A stretch of DNA of 63,145 nt, filler included, from Octopus bimaculoides (lineage: Eukaryota): NCBI RefSeq assembly GCF_001194135.2. It is 4 parts of 4 records of this genome, joined end to end, with 100 filler letters (N's around TTAATTAATTAA, not from the genome) between each part and the next. Parts side by side here need not be neighbours in the genome. Positions count along the whole stretch, not along the records: positions 1 to 30,763 come from NC_068987.1; 3 more parts are not named here. One strand, written 5' to 3'. Below are positions 12,545 through 25,278 of this stretch, piece by piece. The notes beneath the pieces are model-generated. The model saw only the letters and a program-made list of their open reading frames with translations, searched no databases and was not told where the DNA came from. The position numbers were made by a program, and so were the translations under genes. Numbering within the stretch: the first letter of the stretch is position 1; each line of letters begins with the position of its first letter.

Positions 12545-12621
12545 GTGTGTGTGCAAGAGTCATCTAAGGGACCATAAATCAGGGATAAGATGCACTTGTA
12601 TATTTGTCAGTAGAGTGGGTA

Positions 12622-12916
12622 TATTATCAAAAATGTATAGCATTAAATATCCATCATGGCTGATCTTACCAATCAGTTTTGTGTAAAGGATACAATGGAG
12701 TGTTAGGTAAGAATCTGATTATATAACTTTATGCTCATCAGAATTAGCTGATATGGAAGGGAATATGGTGACTATTCCCTTCCATATCAGCAAGCTCTGA
12801 TGAGTGTAAAGTGATATAATTGGATTGTTATCTAACACTCCATTGTATTCTTTACATGAAACCAATTGGTAAGATGAGCTGTGATGGATATTTAGTACTA
12901 TACATTTTAGATAATA
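12622..12916. mobile_element. MITE-like fold-back element, roughly 85-bp inverted arms
   Basis: attatcaaaaatgtatagcattaaatatccatc...tacaatggagtgttag is mirrored at 12830-12916. Confidence 0.7.
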
Positions 12917-13147
12917 TACATATATATATATATATACATATAGGTACAAGCATAGCTGTGTGTTGACATTGTACATGGTTTCTAAATGTATCATCATACA
13001 AGCAGTGATGTTTCTTTGTAGTTTTCTGTGAAAAAATGTCTAGAATATTACTAGTCGAGGTTGGCAATAAGAGAGCATCTTTGCTTAGAAAATCTGCAGC
13101 AACAAATCTCATGCAAGCATAGAAAAATAGACATTAAAATTTTGATG

Positions 13148-13199
<52 letters not shown>

Positions 13200-13516
13200 A
13201 AAAGCCATACACACAAGGATGAATTGTTAATTCTCCATTTTAATATTCATTTTTCCTTGCTTGGTCAAAAAACCTTATTGAGGCCAGATGCTCACCCTGT
13301 CACCAGTTCTCACTGATTTCCAACCAAAGAAGTATTTCCTCGAGTTCTTTAAATAACAAACACCTCAATGACTAGACTTATTTGCAGGGAGGATTACAAT
13401 CATGATTGACACTATTTGTGTGAATAGTGACTTTGTTTTCAATCAGCATGAAAGTACAAGATGAGGGGAAGGTACAAACACACACAAGTACACATAAATA
13501 GATACATACGTGCATA

Positions 13517-14235
13517 TACATGGTCTGATCAATAAGTATCCGGACTGTTGCCATAGTAACAAAGCTAAAACATGCAGAGTAAAGCCCTTTGGCACAGATT
13601 GACCTTAAACTCTGCTGTGCATGCACACTAAGCTCACTACTGCTATTTACAGCAGTGCTTGGAAGGAAGGTGTGTAGCGTGTGATTGTCACAGTGACCAT
13701 GAGAGAGAAAGTTGAGCAGAGAACCTGCATCAAATTTTGCCAAAAGCTTGGCGATACCTGCTCAGAGGCCTACGCAAAGTTTTCAAAAAGTTTTAATCAT
13801 TCTCGACACAATCAAGGCGATCTTGTGCAATTGAAACCCGAGTGTCTTCTTGGTCAGATGAAAGCAATTTTGGCACAAAGTAGGCAGACATGGGTCGCAT
13901 ATTCAAATCTTCAGTGATAATGGACTGAACTAAACCATAACTAATCTGCACATCCTCTGATAACTCAGGGATGCCGATTCGACTATTTCCCCTCACAGCT
14001 GCATGCACATCTGCAATGTTTTGTCTCAGTTCTGCTGATTGTGGGTCTCCCAGAACGTTTGTCAATATCGACATGTTTTTTGGCCATCTTGAAAATGTCT
14101 GAACCACTCATACACTTGTGTGTGGCTCATACATTCCTCTCCATACACTTTCTGCAACTCTGCATAGGCCTCCGAGCAGGTATCGCCATGACAACTTTCT
14201 CTGTCATGGTCAATGCAGCGATCACATGCTAGAAA
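13517..14235. mobile_element. Two mariner-family transposase remnants in opposite orientation (left end on + 13517-13790, internal part on - 13790-14235)
   Basis: EQRTCIKFCQKLGDTCSEAYAK, VYGEECMSHTQVYEWFRHFQDG and GLVQSIITEDLNMR..SAYFVPKLLS are mariner HTH and WVP-type motifs. A TIR-like end lies at 13517. Confidence 0.85.
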
Positions 14236-14449
14236 CCATACCATTATATAAAAATTCAAATATGTCAATTGCAATGGGACATCTCTACAGATTTTGACAT
14301 CTTGGTGAATATAAAACACTAAATCATACCTTATAATTCTGAGCTCTATTGTCAGTAGCAGCAACAGACCAATTTAAATAGACTAATGAATGCCTGCACT
14401 GTTAGCAGATAATTTCATTTTCTGTTGTCAAACCACAAAAATACAGACA

Positions 14450-14675
14450 TAAATAAACCAACACTAGTTGTCAAGTGGTGGTGAGGGAGAAGCACAAAGA
14501 CACATACACATATACAAGATGGGCTTCTTTCAGTTTCCATCTACTAAGCCAACCATGAAGTTTTGTTCTACCCAAAGCTACAATAGATGATTACTTATTG
14601 CCCAAGGTACCATGCAGTGGGACTGAACCTGAAACCATGTGGTTGTGAAGCAAACTTCTTACCACACAGCCATGT
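14450..14675 (-). mobile_element. tRNA-head SINE with CORE-like centre
   Basis: Minus strand gcatggctgtgtggtaagaagtttgcttc.caaccacatggtttcaggttcagtccc, with the same head at 24118 and 28250. Confidence 0.65.
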
Positions 14676-15082
14676 AATATAGTTTGGAAGCATTGTAAAA
14701 ATTAATACAAGAATTAATTTTAGAAAGCTGCATCAGAACATTCTAGGAATTATATATTTTCAATCTTACATTTATGTAGCAAACATAAAAGAGAAGATAT
14801 CAAGCTGCAGTGAATATATTTAAACTTTCTTCACAACAGTATATGTTCATGCAAGTACCAAATGATTTTATTTAAACTTGTCTGAATTCGTCCTTTACTT
14901 GATCAAAAATAAAGGAATTAGAAAATATGTTGATACAGCTGCCATACGAAAATAAGTGTCATGTACTTTGTTGCCGATTGTGCCAGGTGATAAGGCCACC
15001 ACAATAAGAGGCGAGACACTTCAAGACTCTACTAAACCATGCAAACATGAAAAGAAAAAAAAATGATCTAATAATGATAATA

Positions 15083-15137
<55 letters not shown>

Positions 15138-15370
15138 TGCGTGTGTGTGTGTGCATGCTGAAGAAGTTGATGACAGCAATGTTTATTATTTAGCTCTAGA
15201 TTGCATGTCCCTGCAACTGAGCATATCCAACCATCTCATCTTTTATTTTCAGGTATAGCATGTCTAAGGCAAGTTTATTTAATGCATTACCATTCCTGCT
15301 TTAAGATGGTTGAGGATGATTTAGTTACTATTTCTAGCAAGTTGACTAAAAACAGTGAAGCTCCCTCATT

Positions 15371-15908
15371 GGCTAAGTTTCCAGTGAAAGTAGTTAAACA
15401 GAACACTGACACTCAGTTGCATACGATGACAAGGGTTCCAGTTGATTCAATCAGTGGAACAGCTTGCTCATGAGATTAATGTGCACGTGGCTGAGCACTC
15501 CATAGACACGCATTCAACAGGTATTGAATGGTGCGAATTTAGAATTTCTTTCCTTTATATAGGGATAGACCGGAAGTCCCTGACTTCCACGTAAAACCAG
15601 AAGCTTTCAGAAGAATCTTGAACATTCTAGAAGCTTGAGGGAGATTACTCTCATTAAATCCTTTTTCCGTTTTGCTTGTCGTCATAACTGCACTTGTATT
15701 TCAAGGGGTCAGCCTTGTCATACTCTGTGTCACACTGAATCTCCCTGAGAAGTATGTGAAACAGTATGCGCGTCTATGGAGTGCTCAGCCATGTGCACAT
15801 TAATCTCATGAGCAAGCTGTTCCACTGATTGAATCAACTGGAACCCTTGTCATTGTATGCAACTGAGTGTCAGTGTTCTGTTTAACTACTTTCACTGGAA
15901 ACTGAGCC
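15371..15908. repeat. 143-bp near-perfect inverted repeat (15371-15513 / 15766-15908) with a 252-bp spacer, partly SINE-derived
   Basis: 4 mismatches in 143 nt by hand alignment. The inner part of each arm matches the SINE at 47326-47710. Confidence 0.9.
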
Positions 15909-16869
15909 AGCAAGCTATGAAGAGCTTCTTTCATCTTCCTTTTTGCAGTGTTACACATTTAATATGCTGCATACACCTTATTCTGGACCTTATCGTGTAC
16001 TGTCGCATTCACACAAAAATTATCCAGAACTATGTACATTTGACTTTGTATTATAACACAAACTGTTTGTTATTTCTTTTACAAAGAACGTTATTCACAA
16101 ATACTGTTCCTATGCATGTTTTCACACTGTATTTTCATTTTCCATGTTTTGCATTTAGTTTGATGTGCATAGCTGTGTAGCTAAAGGTTTACTGCACCAA
16201 ACATTGCAATTAGATTCAGTATCTATCATGATACATGTAGTGCTTTTTCTATTTTACTACCTGTTTGCAAGCACGTTTCTGCTACCTCATTTTGCTTCAT
16301 ATCTGCCCTGGATCACTACAATGATTCTGCTTATTGACTGTTCATCTAAGAGGGGAGTGATGTAATGATCCCTGACAGTTACAATGACAGGCAAGGTGGA
16401 AAAGGGATGTAACAAGAGTAATCTCCCTCGAGCTTATAGAATGTTTGACATTCTTCTGGAAGCTGCTGGGGTTTTACGTGGAAGTCAGGGACTTCTGGTC
16501 AATCCCGATATAAAGGAAAGAAATTCTAAATATCTCTGTTACACACACTGGTTTTGCTCCAATTAATTTTTGAAAATAATGAAAAACTTAGAGTGATTGC
16601 AGGTGAAGTGGTATCAAAGGGTTAATCATCTGCCTTTCTACGATACAGTATCAAGTAGAGTAAAACTGGGTCGGCAAAAACTGACTGAAAGCCTGTGGGA
16701 TAAGATTGCACATGTATATGAAAGTGTCAGCTTAGTTTACACACTATGTCTGTGTCTAGTCTATTCTAGGTTTGTTTACATTTCCATGTGCAGGGGTCTG
16801 TAATACACAGCTCTATTGATCAAACAATCAGAGCACTCACTGTAGAAATTAACAAAGAATTCATTTACT

Positions 16870-17140
16870 TTATATGCAAGTGAGCAGGTGAGTGAGTGAG
16901 CAAGTGAATGAGTGTGAGTGAGCAAGCAAATATGTGTAGGAGAGTAAGTGTATGAGAACATGTGTATGAGTGAGTAAACATGCAAGTGTGGGCAAGCAAG
17001 CACATGAGTGTGGGTGAGCAAGTGCGTGTGAGAGAGTGAGCGAGCAAGCACGTGAGTGTGACCAAGCAAGCATGCAAGTGTGAGTGAGCAAGCGTGCAAG
17101 TGTAAGTGGACACATGTGAGTGTGAGTGAGCATGTGTATG
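16870..17140. repeat. Degenerate GTGA/GCAA/GT low-complexity minisatellite
   Basis: Direct reading. The overlapping H/T/L-rich ORFs are artefacts. Confidence 0.8.
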
Positions 17141-17509
17141 ACTGCATAGAGGCTTTGTGAATGTGTATAGAAGCTTTGTGTGTATAGAGATTTATAAATG
17201 CAGAGAAACTTTGTGAGTATATAAAAGCTTTGTGAGTGTATCCAGTGAACATAGATTAAAGTGAGAATGAGAAACTATGAAGCAGTGAGAGAGGAAAAAA
17301 GATCAGAACCCATTACTGAATTAATAATGTGATGTGTGACAATGTTTCACTGCTTATGGCCAATCCTTGTGATGGCCTTGTCCTACTTTACTGACACAGT
17401 GAGACTGATCTACTGTGTTTATGTATGTCTGACTAGCTGGGTAATAATGGGATAAAGGGAGGTGGGTGTCTGTATGTGTGTGCAAGCGTGTGCTGTGTGT
17501 GTAGATGAT

Positions 17510-18040
17510 AAAGCATGGGAGCATGGGAGAGGAAAATGGGGAAAGTTGAGAGAGAGAGATAGAGAAAAGGACGAAAGTGGGAGGGAGAAAGCGGGAGGAA
17601 GAAAGAGGGAAAGAAAAAGGGGAAGAGAAAGAGGGAAAGGGAAAGAGGGAGAAAAAAGTGGGACAGGGAGAGAGAGAGAGAAGGAGGGAGAGAGAGAGAG
17701 GAGGGAGAGAGAGAGAGAAGGAGGGAGAGAGAGAGAGAAGGAGGGAGAGAGAGAGAGAAGGAGGGAGAGAGAGAGAGAAGGAGGGAGAGAGAGAGAGAAG
17801 GAGGGAGAGAGAGAAGCATCCCTGTACAAGTACAGATATACACAAAAATATACCAGAAAGTGCAAAGGAAAACAGATAGTAGAGGGACAAATAGTTTAAT
17901 ACTATGATGGAGATAAAAATAGTGAGAAGGAGGGGGAAAGAAAAATAATAGGATGGAGAGAGTAATAGACAGTAGTGGGGAGGGGATAAGTAGTAATATG
18001 AAGGGGAGAAAATAGATAGGAGAGAGGGAAATAAATAGAA
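17510..18040. repeat. Polypurine tract with a 20-bp (GGAGGGAGAGAGAGAGAGAA)n array at about 17670-17815
   Basis: Direct reading. Confidence 0.9.
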
Positions 18041-19249
18041 TAATGGAAAGAACAGATCTATGATCAAAGTTGTTCTAGATGAGGCCATCACCCTAGCTGT
18101 TATTTTTTCCAGACAATATATCTAAAACCATGTTATGCAATTTTTTTTTAGCAAACTGTGCTTGATATGAAGGAGATTTGGTTGATATTTTTAGCAATTT
18201 GTGGGATGAGGTAAAGGTGACTTTGTTGGATTTACAGAAGAGTAGAGATTTAGAGAAAATGTTTAAAAGGACAACTGTGAGGGCAGCAGCAATTGATGAC
18301 CCCTTAAAGATAGAAACTCTAGCTTTAGTATAGAACGCGAAAAAATTAGCATAGCTGCACATTATATAACAGGAGATAAAATATGAAATCTGTGCATAGA
18401 AGAAATTTCCCAGATTTTTACATTTAAACACAAGTTGCATAACAGCAGACAAGGACAAGCTTTAAGATGTCTGCCCTTACATTGGAGGACCTTTAAAAAC
18501 TTCCATGCAAACGATGTATAAGTTAGAGTCCTCCACTCAAATAGGAGGTGCATAAGTTTATAGGGTAAATATCAAGGTAATATCTAGTTTGACTTTCAAG
18601 TAGTAATCGATATTCTCATTGAATTTTAAAAATATCTTTTTTTATAAATCATAATAACACATATAGGACATAGAAACTACATACAATCTAAAACTGAATT
18701 ACACAGAGAAATTTTCAAATTGCCATCATAAATAAGTTCCTCATACCACATATATTTAATGTAACCTGATAGAATTTAATTTGATTTTATTTATTCTCAT
18801 TTAGTACCTAGCATTAGTACAAAACATTAAGAAATACACTAAGACTCTCGGGTTCAAACTTAATCCTGAGGTCAGGGCGAGGTCAACCATGATGTGATCT
18901 TTATGGCTATATCAAGTTTTTAAATTTCTCCCTCACTTTCTTTTTTCTACCTAAAACTATAGTAACCTAGCAAAATATGTTAGCCAAGCATAAATACATG
19001 CAGTTCATTTTGAACCACATTTGTGGACAGACCTTGAAATAAGTGAATTCAAATGCAACTACTAATTGTCTATGCAGCAGAAACACATGTCAGTCATATT
19101 TAAACCAATTAGGCTGTATAATTTACTGTAAAAATTAGAATTAAAATTAAAAATATGCAGATTTACCAATCACCATATTCATTATAATTGTCTTACACAC
19201 ACGTCTGAAACAGCTGTAGTGAGCCTCAGCCATTTGTGTTATTTTTACT

Positions 19250-20561
19250 ACATCACACTCTGAACCTTCTTTGCATTGGATCTTGAGCATACAGTGTACT
19301 GCATACCAGAGAATACACTTGTGATTTTACATATATGCTGAACCTATTTGGTCTGTACTTGTGGATGTATGCATAACTGTAAGGACAAATCCGTATATGC
19401 TTTAGTAGGGGAAGCAGATAAGAAAAAATTTGCCAATGTTCTGCGCCATGAAGACCAAAGACTTGAGGTATTTCGTGTTGCAAGACAGTGTAGGAGAGAG
19501 AATAGTGATGTCGTGGGAGAGAAATGTGTTCGCATGGATGATGGTACGCTTGGATTAAATGAGGCTGCAAAGAAAGAGGTTTGGAGAAGCTACTACAAAA
19601 GATTGTGCAATAAAGAGAATGAATTTGAGAAAGAGAGTCTGCCGAATGTCGACCCAACAGAGGGACCAGCTATCTGAGTTGAAAGTACCATGGTAGATAA
19701 AGCAATTAAGAGTATGAAGACAGGGAAGGCCCCCGGCCCATCAGGAATCACTGCAGAGATGCTCAAAGGAGTCATACACGAAGGAGTCATACCCAATGAC
19801 TGGTGTAGCAGCATCATAGTCAACTGCTACAAAGGTAAAGGTGACGCTTTAGATACAAATAATTACAGAGGTATCAAACTGTTAGATCAGGTAATGAAAG
19901 TCACGGTGAGGGTCAGAGCACAACTACTTACGGAGAGAGTCGGTTTAGATGAGATGCAGTTTGGGTTTGTGCCTGGGAAAAGCACCACTGATGCTATATT
20001 TCTGGTAAGACAGCTTCAGGAGAAATACCTATCCAAGGATAAACCTCTGTACCTGGCTTTCGTTGACATGGAGAAAGCCTTTGATAGGGTCCCCCGATCC
20101 CTTATCTGGTGGTCAACGAAGAAACGAGGGATAGATGAGTGGTTAGTGAGAGCTGTGCGAGCTATGTACAGGGACGCTGTCAGTAAGGTGAGGGTTGGCA
20201 ACAAGTACGGTGAAGAATTCTGGGTAGAGGTAGGGGTCCACCAAGGTTCAGTCCTCATCTCACTCCCATTTGTCATAGTCCTCCAGGCAATAACACAGGA
20301 ATTCAAGACAGGATGCCCCTGGGAGCTCCTCTATGCTGATGAACTTGCTCTAATTGCTGAATCACTATCAGAACTAGAGAAGTTTCAGGTGTGGAAGAAA
20401 GGACGAGAATCGAAGGGCCTTAGAGTCAAACTAGCTAAAACCAAAGTCCTAATAAATAGGAAGGTAGGAAAAACACAAACCCCTTCAGGTAGATGGCCCT
20501 GCTCGATCTGTAAAGGCGTAGGTAGAAATTCTATAAGATGTACCCAGTGTAAGCTATGGAC
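19250..20561 (+). mobile_element. RTE-clade LINE, reverse transcriptase region (decayed, internal deletion, runs into a gap)
   Basis: KAPGPSGI, NYRGIKLL, QFGFVPGKSTTDAIF, AFVDMEKAFDRVPR, VGVHQGSVL, LLYADE (YADD variant at 20332-20343), then a CxxC...CxxC knuckle. One stop near 19677. Confidence 0.93.
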
Positions 20562-20689
20562 NNNNNNNNNNNNNNNNNNNNNNNNNNNNNNNNNNNNNNN
20601 NNNNNNNNNNNNNNNNNNNNNNNNNNNNNNNNNNNNNNNNNNNNNNNNNNNNNNNNNNNNNGTATGTATGTATGTATGTATGTATGTAT

Positions 20690-21290
20690 GTATATGGAGG
20701 AAGAGATGTAGCACCTATGACTTTCTGCAAGGCTTTTGAAATTGATGGTGGGTATAAAAGGAAGAAACCACAATACATGGGTTGTACTGGTTCCAATATG
20801 AACAAAGTGAACTCTGTTCAAAAGCACCCAAGGACCAGATGGTTGTTGTGTGGAACTAAGCATCAGTTAGGGGTGTACCCCACTGCCAGAAACACAGGTA
20901 CAAACTTTATCCTCTGTTAATACATGTTCGTTTATTTTGTTTTTATTTATTCAAACGAACATGTATTAACAGAGGATACAGATAATACAGGCACTCCCCA
21001 TGCACACACATGCACTTACAAAACAGACACACATTGAGGGATACACATGCGTAGACACATACAATAGGAATACAAAATACAAAATGGCTGATCGTTAGCA
21101 AGGAGGGACACACATATAAGAAAGAAGAAAGCAAAGGACCACTGATGAGGTCACAGAAGTGTCACGAAAGAACTCTGGCCAAAATATGATTAACGTAATG
21201 CAATGTAATATAAAGCTGAAGCAAATTAACACCAAATATACAGTGCGTGTGTTTTTATTGGCTAAACTGGCAACATGACCATCCCCGAAT

Positions 21291-21300
<10 letters not shown>
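20690..21300 (+). mobile_element. Possible Penelope-like 3' end with a hammerhead-like motif at 21136-21180
   Basis: CTGATGA...GAAA core with flanking complementary arms. The protein remnant upstream is only weakly suggestive. Confidence 0.4.
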
Positions 21301-21327
<27 letters not shown>

Positions 21328-21834
21328 ATATATAATCCAAAAGGTATGCCAGAAGGCATGAGACATTATTAAAAAAAGTTTGGGCCCAATAGATAAGTCC
21401 TGACTCCACTCCAATTCTATTTATTTTTATATTACTATTGTGATTATTATGGTTATTGTTATTATCATTATTATTAAGATGGCAAACAGGCAGAATCATA
21501 AGCAGGTGGACAAAATCTGTAGCGGCACTTTGTTTATCTTTACATTTCAAGTTGAAATTCCTCTGAGATCAACTTTGCCTTTCATCCTTTTGAGGATTAG
21601 GGTTAGGATTAGGGTTGATGAAATAAATACAAGTCAAGTATTGGGGTCAGTGTAACTGACTAGCCCCCTCTCCTGAAATTTCAAACCATGTGCATATATT
21701 AGAAAGAATTATTATTATTAATTATTATTATCATTATTGTTATTATTATTATATGCATTAGCACTCTCTTCCTTCTCTATCTGTTGTATTCTACCAGGAT
21801 AACCTAACTATTTATTTGCATACTGGTATACATA

Positions 21835-22690
21835 AGGGGTTGCATCCTTCTGTAACATGATAGCCCAATTAATTAGAAACAGAATTAGACTAGATAAGAT
21901 GCAGTTTGATTAATGCCAGGAAGAAATACTACTGATGCTTAGTTAGACAACTGCAGAAGATGTATTTAGTAAAAATAAATCATTGTACTCTGCATTTATA
22001 GACCTGGAGAAAGCCTTCTACAGAATCCCTTTCATCCCCTAGTGATCAATGGAATTAGTTAGGTGTCCATAGAATAAAAACTTCCATGTCTTGTAGGTCA
22101 GTGCTTGTAGGTGAGGTTTCTAGGCTGGGGAAGAACACCAAAAGTGTTTAGTGAGGGAGATGTAACATAGGAAGAGAGGAGAGAATATAACATGCCATTT
22201 TAGCAGTAGTAAAAGAAACAATTCTCTTATAGTAGCTAGGTCAATATTTTTATAATAGGTATCATTTTGATTCTCATTAAGGTATTGACTTGTCACTATT
22301 CTTAATTAGCATAAATGACTAATCTGTGATATGGTGGTCTCTGAAAAATCTAGGAGTAGACAATTGGCTTGTGAAAGCCACACAAGCCATTACAGGGGTA
22401 CAGTCAGTAAAGTGAGAATTAACCATGAACACAGAGATGAATTTAGAGTACAGGTAAGCCTTCATCAGGACTCAGTTACCATTCCCTTCCTATTCATCAT
22501 TGTCTTCCAGGCCATAACAGAAGAATTCAAGACTTGCAGCCTCTAGGAAGTACTTCATGCTGATGACCCCACTCTTGCTTAAAGTGGATAGAACATATGG
22601 AAGAAGGAAACTCAGGAAGACATGAGACAAAGTATTGAAGGCTGATCTCAAGATGCTAAACTTTATGGAGATGACAGAGACAATTAGCAT
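21835..22690 (+). mobile_element. Older, interrupted copy of the same RTE RT region
   Basis: Nucleotide similarity to 19850-20400 (gatgcagttt, gacctggagaaagcctt, VSLHQDSV, QAITEEFKT). Interrupted at about 22080-22370. Confidence 0.7.
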
Positions 22691-24117
22691 TTTGCTGTGT
22701 TCAAAAAGACCTATCCATCACAGCAAAAAATGACATCCTAAAACTACTTGGTATGCTCACCACTCCTCTCTCTCTCTTTTCCCAGTTGAGCATTTCCCCC
22801 AATTCTCATCCCATAACACCTATCACTTCCCTATCAGTGGTATTGCTCAGCTGCTGTAATCATTTGAGAGCAGAATCAGCACATATTACATTCCCTCCCT
22901 TCTGTTTACCTCCTCCACCACCTGGAACCACTTCCTTTCCTCATTATCTCCCTATTTTGACCAACTATTTCCTTGCTGTGCCTTCAGCCACTACTCTCTC
23001 CCCTAGTCTATACATCGTTATTAACACCTGCCTTACCTGCTGTTATTCTCAATGCCCTCTCATATCTATCATCATACTCCACTTATTATTATAGCTCCTT
23101 ATGTACCTCGATATCTCCCTCTCTCTCAATTGCTCCTACACCTCACACATAATCTCACTATCCTCTGATCTATTTCCCATCCCGAGCCACTCCTATATCT
23201 TTCACCCTACCACTCTCCATACTGGTATTTCCTTTCATTCGCACCTTCACCTTTGTTCATCACTCACTTATTCACCTCGACCACAATCTTTAAACCAGTA
23301 GTTATTCCCCGTCACCTTATGAAAGTATCCACTCTCTCATCTCCCTCTAATCACCCACTATATGTATCTTCTCTTGTGCTCACCATCTTGTATTTTGAGT
23401 GTATGTTCTAGCACCCCATCATAATCTTCCTTTTATCTCCTTCAGCCATGTATCTCCCCTACAACAAGACACTTGTGCTTGTCCTTTTATCATACTTAAG
23501 CCTTTGAACACCTGGCATAAAGCCACTCACCTCCACTTCTCCTTTTCAAACGCTCCCCTCTTAGTAGTGGGAGCTTTTTCTTTTTTTCTTTGTTCTTTTT
23601 CTGTCTTGTTAGTCTACACAGTTACCTCACTTGTGCTAATGGCACACAAAAAAAGTTCACTCTTTAAATGGTTAGCATTAGGAAGGGCACCCAGCTGTAA
23701 AAAACATGCCAAAGCTATAGAAACCATGCCTTGCAATTTGCAAAATCTTGTCAAACTTAACACATGCCAGTATAGAAATGAATGTATAAATCTATAAAAT
23801 AATAACTGATATAAATGTTGGTTTGTTGGCTGAAAGTAATGTATAGCAAAGAAGGAAAACTGTTTTTATAATGGTAGTGTGTTCAACACACTCAACTTAA
23901 ATGGTGGAGAGGATTCTGAGACACCAGTGTTGAGCCAGAAATACCTCAGACTTTTGAGTCTAGCCAAGCAGTTGGCTTTTCTTTATACTTTCAGCAAACA
24001 ATTTGTTTGCTGATTGGAACTTATATCTGCCAACTGATATAAAATTATTATTTGCACTGTATACAGAAAGATCTTGAATGAATATTTACATATTTATTCT
24101 TAATATGTCTACAGAGG

Positions 24118-24292
24118 TGCAGGCATGGCTGTATGTAAGAAGCTTACTTCCCAACCACATGGTTCTGGGTTCAGTTCCACTGTGTGACACTTTGGGCAAG
24201 TGTCTTCTACTATAGCCTTGGACCAACCAAAGCCTTGCAAGTGAATTTAGTAGACAGAAACTAAAAGAAGCCCATTGTGTGTGTGTGTGTGT

Positions 24293-24325
<33 letters not shown>
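24118..24325 (+). mobile_element. tRNA-head SINE running into (GT)n(AT)n
   Basis: Same head as 14450 and 28250, with ttgggcaagtgtcttctactatagcc centre. Confidence 0.7.
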
Positions 24326-24969
24326 NNNNNNNNNNNNNNNNNNNNNNNNNNNNNNNNNNNNNNNNNNNNNNNNNNNNNNNNNNNNNNNNNNNNNNNNNNN
24401 NNNNNNNNNNNNNNNNNNNNNNNNNNNNNNNNNNNNNNNNNNNNNNNNNNNNNNNNNNNNNNNNNNNNNNNNNNNNNNNNNNNNNNNNNNNNNNNNNNNN
24501 NNNNNNNNNNNNNNNNNNNNNNNNNNNNNNNNNNNNNNNNNNNNNNNNNNNNNNNNNNNNNNNNNNNNNNNNNNNNNNNNNNNNNNNNNNNNNNNNNNNN
24601 NNNNNNNNNNNNNNNNNNNNNNNNNNNNNNNNNNNNNNNNNNNNNNNNNNNNNNNNNNNNNNNNNNNNNNNNNNNNNNNNNNNNNNNNNNNNNNNNNNNN
24701 NNNNNNNNNNNNNNNNNNNNNNNNNNNNNNNNNNNNNNNNNNNNNNNNNNNNNNNNNNNNNNNNNNNNNNNNNNNNNNNNNNNNNNNNNNNNNNNNNNNN
24801 NNNNNNNNNNNNNNNNNNNNNNNNNNNNNNNNNNNNNNNNNNNNNNNNNNNNNNNNNNNNNNNNNNNNNNNNNNNNNNNNNNNNNNNNNNNNNNNNNNNN
24901 NNNNNNNNNNNNNNNNNNNNNNNNNNNNNNNNNNNNNNNNNNNNNNNNNNNNNNNNNNNNNNNNNNNNN

Positions 24970-25278
24970 TGTGGCTCATACACTTGTGTGTGGCTCATAC
25001 ACTTGTGTGTGGCTCATACACTTTCTGCAACTTTGCGTAGGCTTTTGAGCAGGTATTGCCATGACAACTTTCTCTGTCATGATCAATGCGACAATCACAT
25101 GCTACACACCTTCCTTCCAAGCATTGCTGTAAACAGTAGAAGTGAGCTAGAATGTTAAAACTTAGTGTGCATGCACAGCAGAGTTCAAGGTCAATTTGTG
25201 CCAAAGGCCTTTACTCTGTGTGCTTTAGCTTCATTACTATAGCAACAGTCCGGGTACTTACTGATCAGATCTCATACA
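24970..25278 (-). mobile_element. Mariner left end, deletion derivative
   Basis: Reverse complement matches 13517-13790 and shares the gaaagttgtcatggc deletion junction with the 14150-14235 copy. Confidence 0.8.

Noticed and set aside
17354-18091. 245-aa S/L/F-rich ORF and R/E/G-rich opposite-strand ORFs
   Set aside because: Produced by the polypurine array
18093-18553. ORF-like stretch in unique-looking DNA
   Set aside because: Stops in the most plausible frame and no recognisable motif. Possibly an old TE relic
24970-25022. Triple 19-bp repeat gtggctcatacacttgtgt
   Set aside because: Sits at a gap edge within a mariner remnant. Likely a gap-filling or slippage artefact, not CRISPR-like
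24086-25158. Long ORFs of 240-410 aa here and at other gaps
   Set aside because: They are open only because they cross N runs
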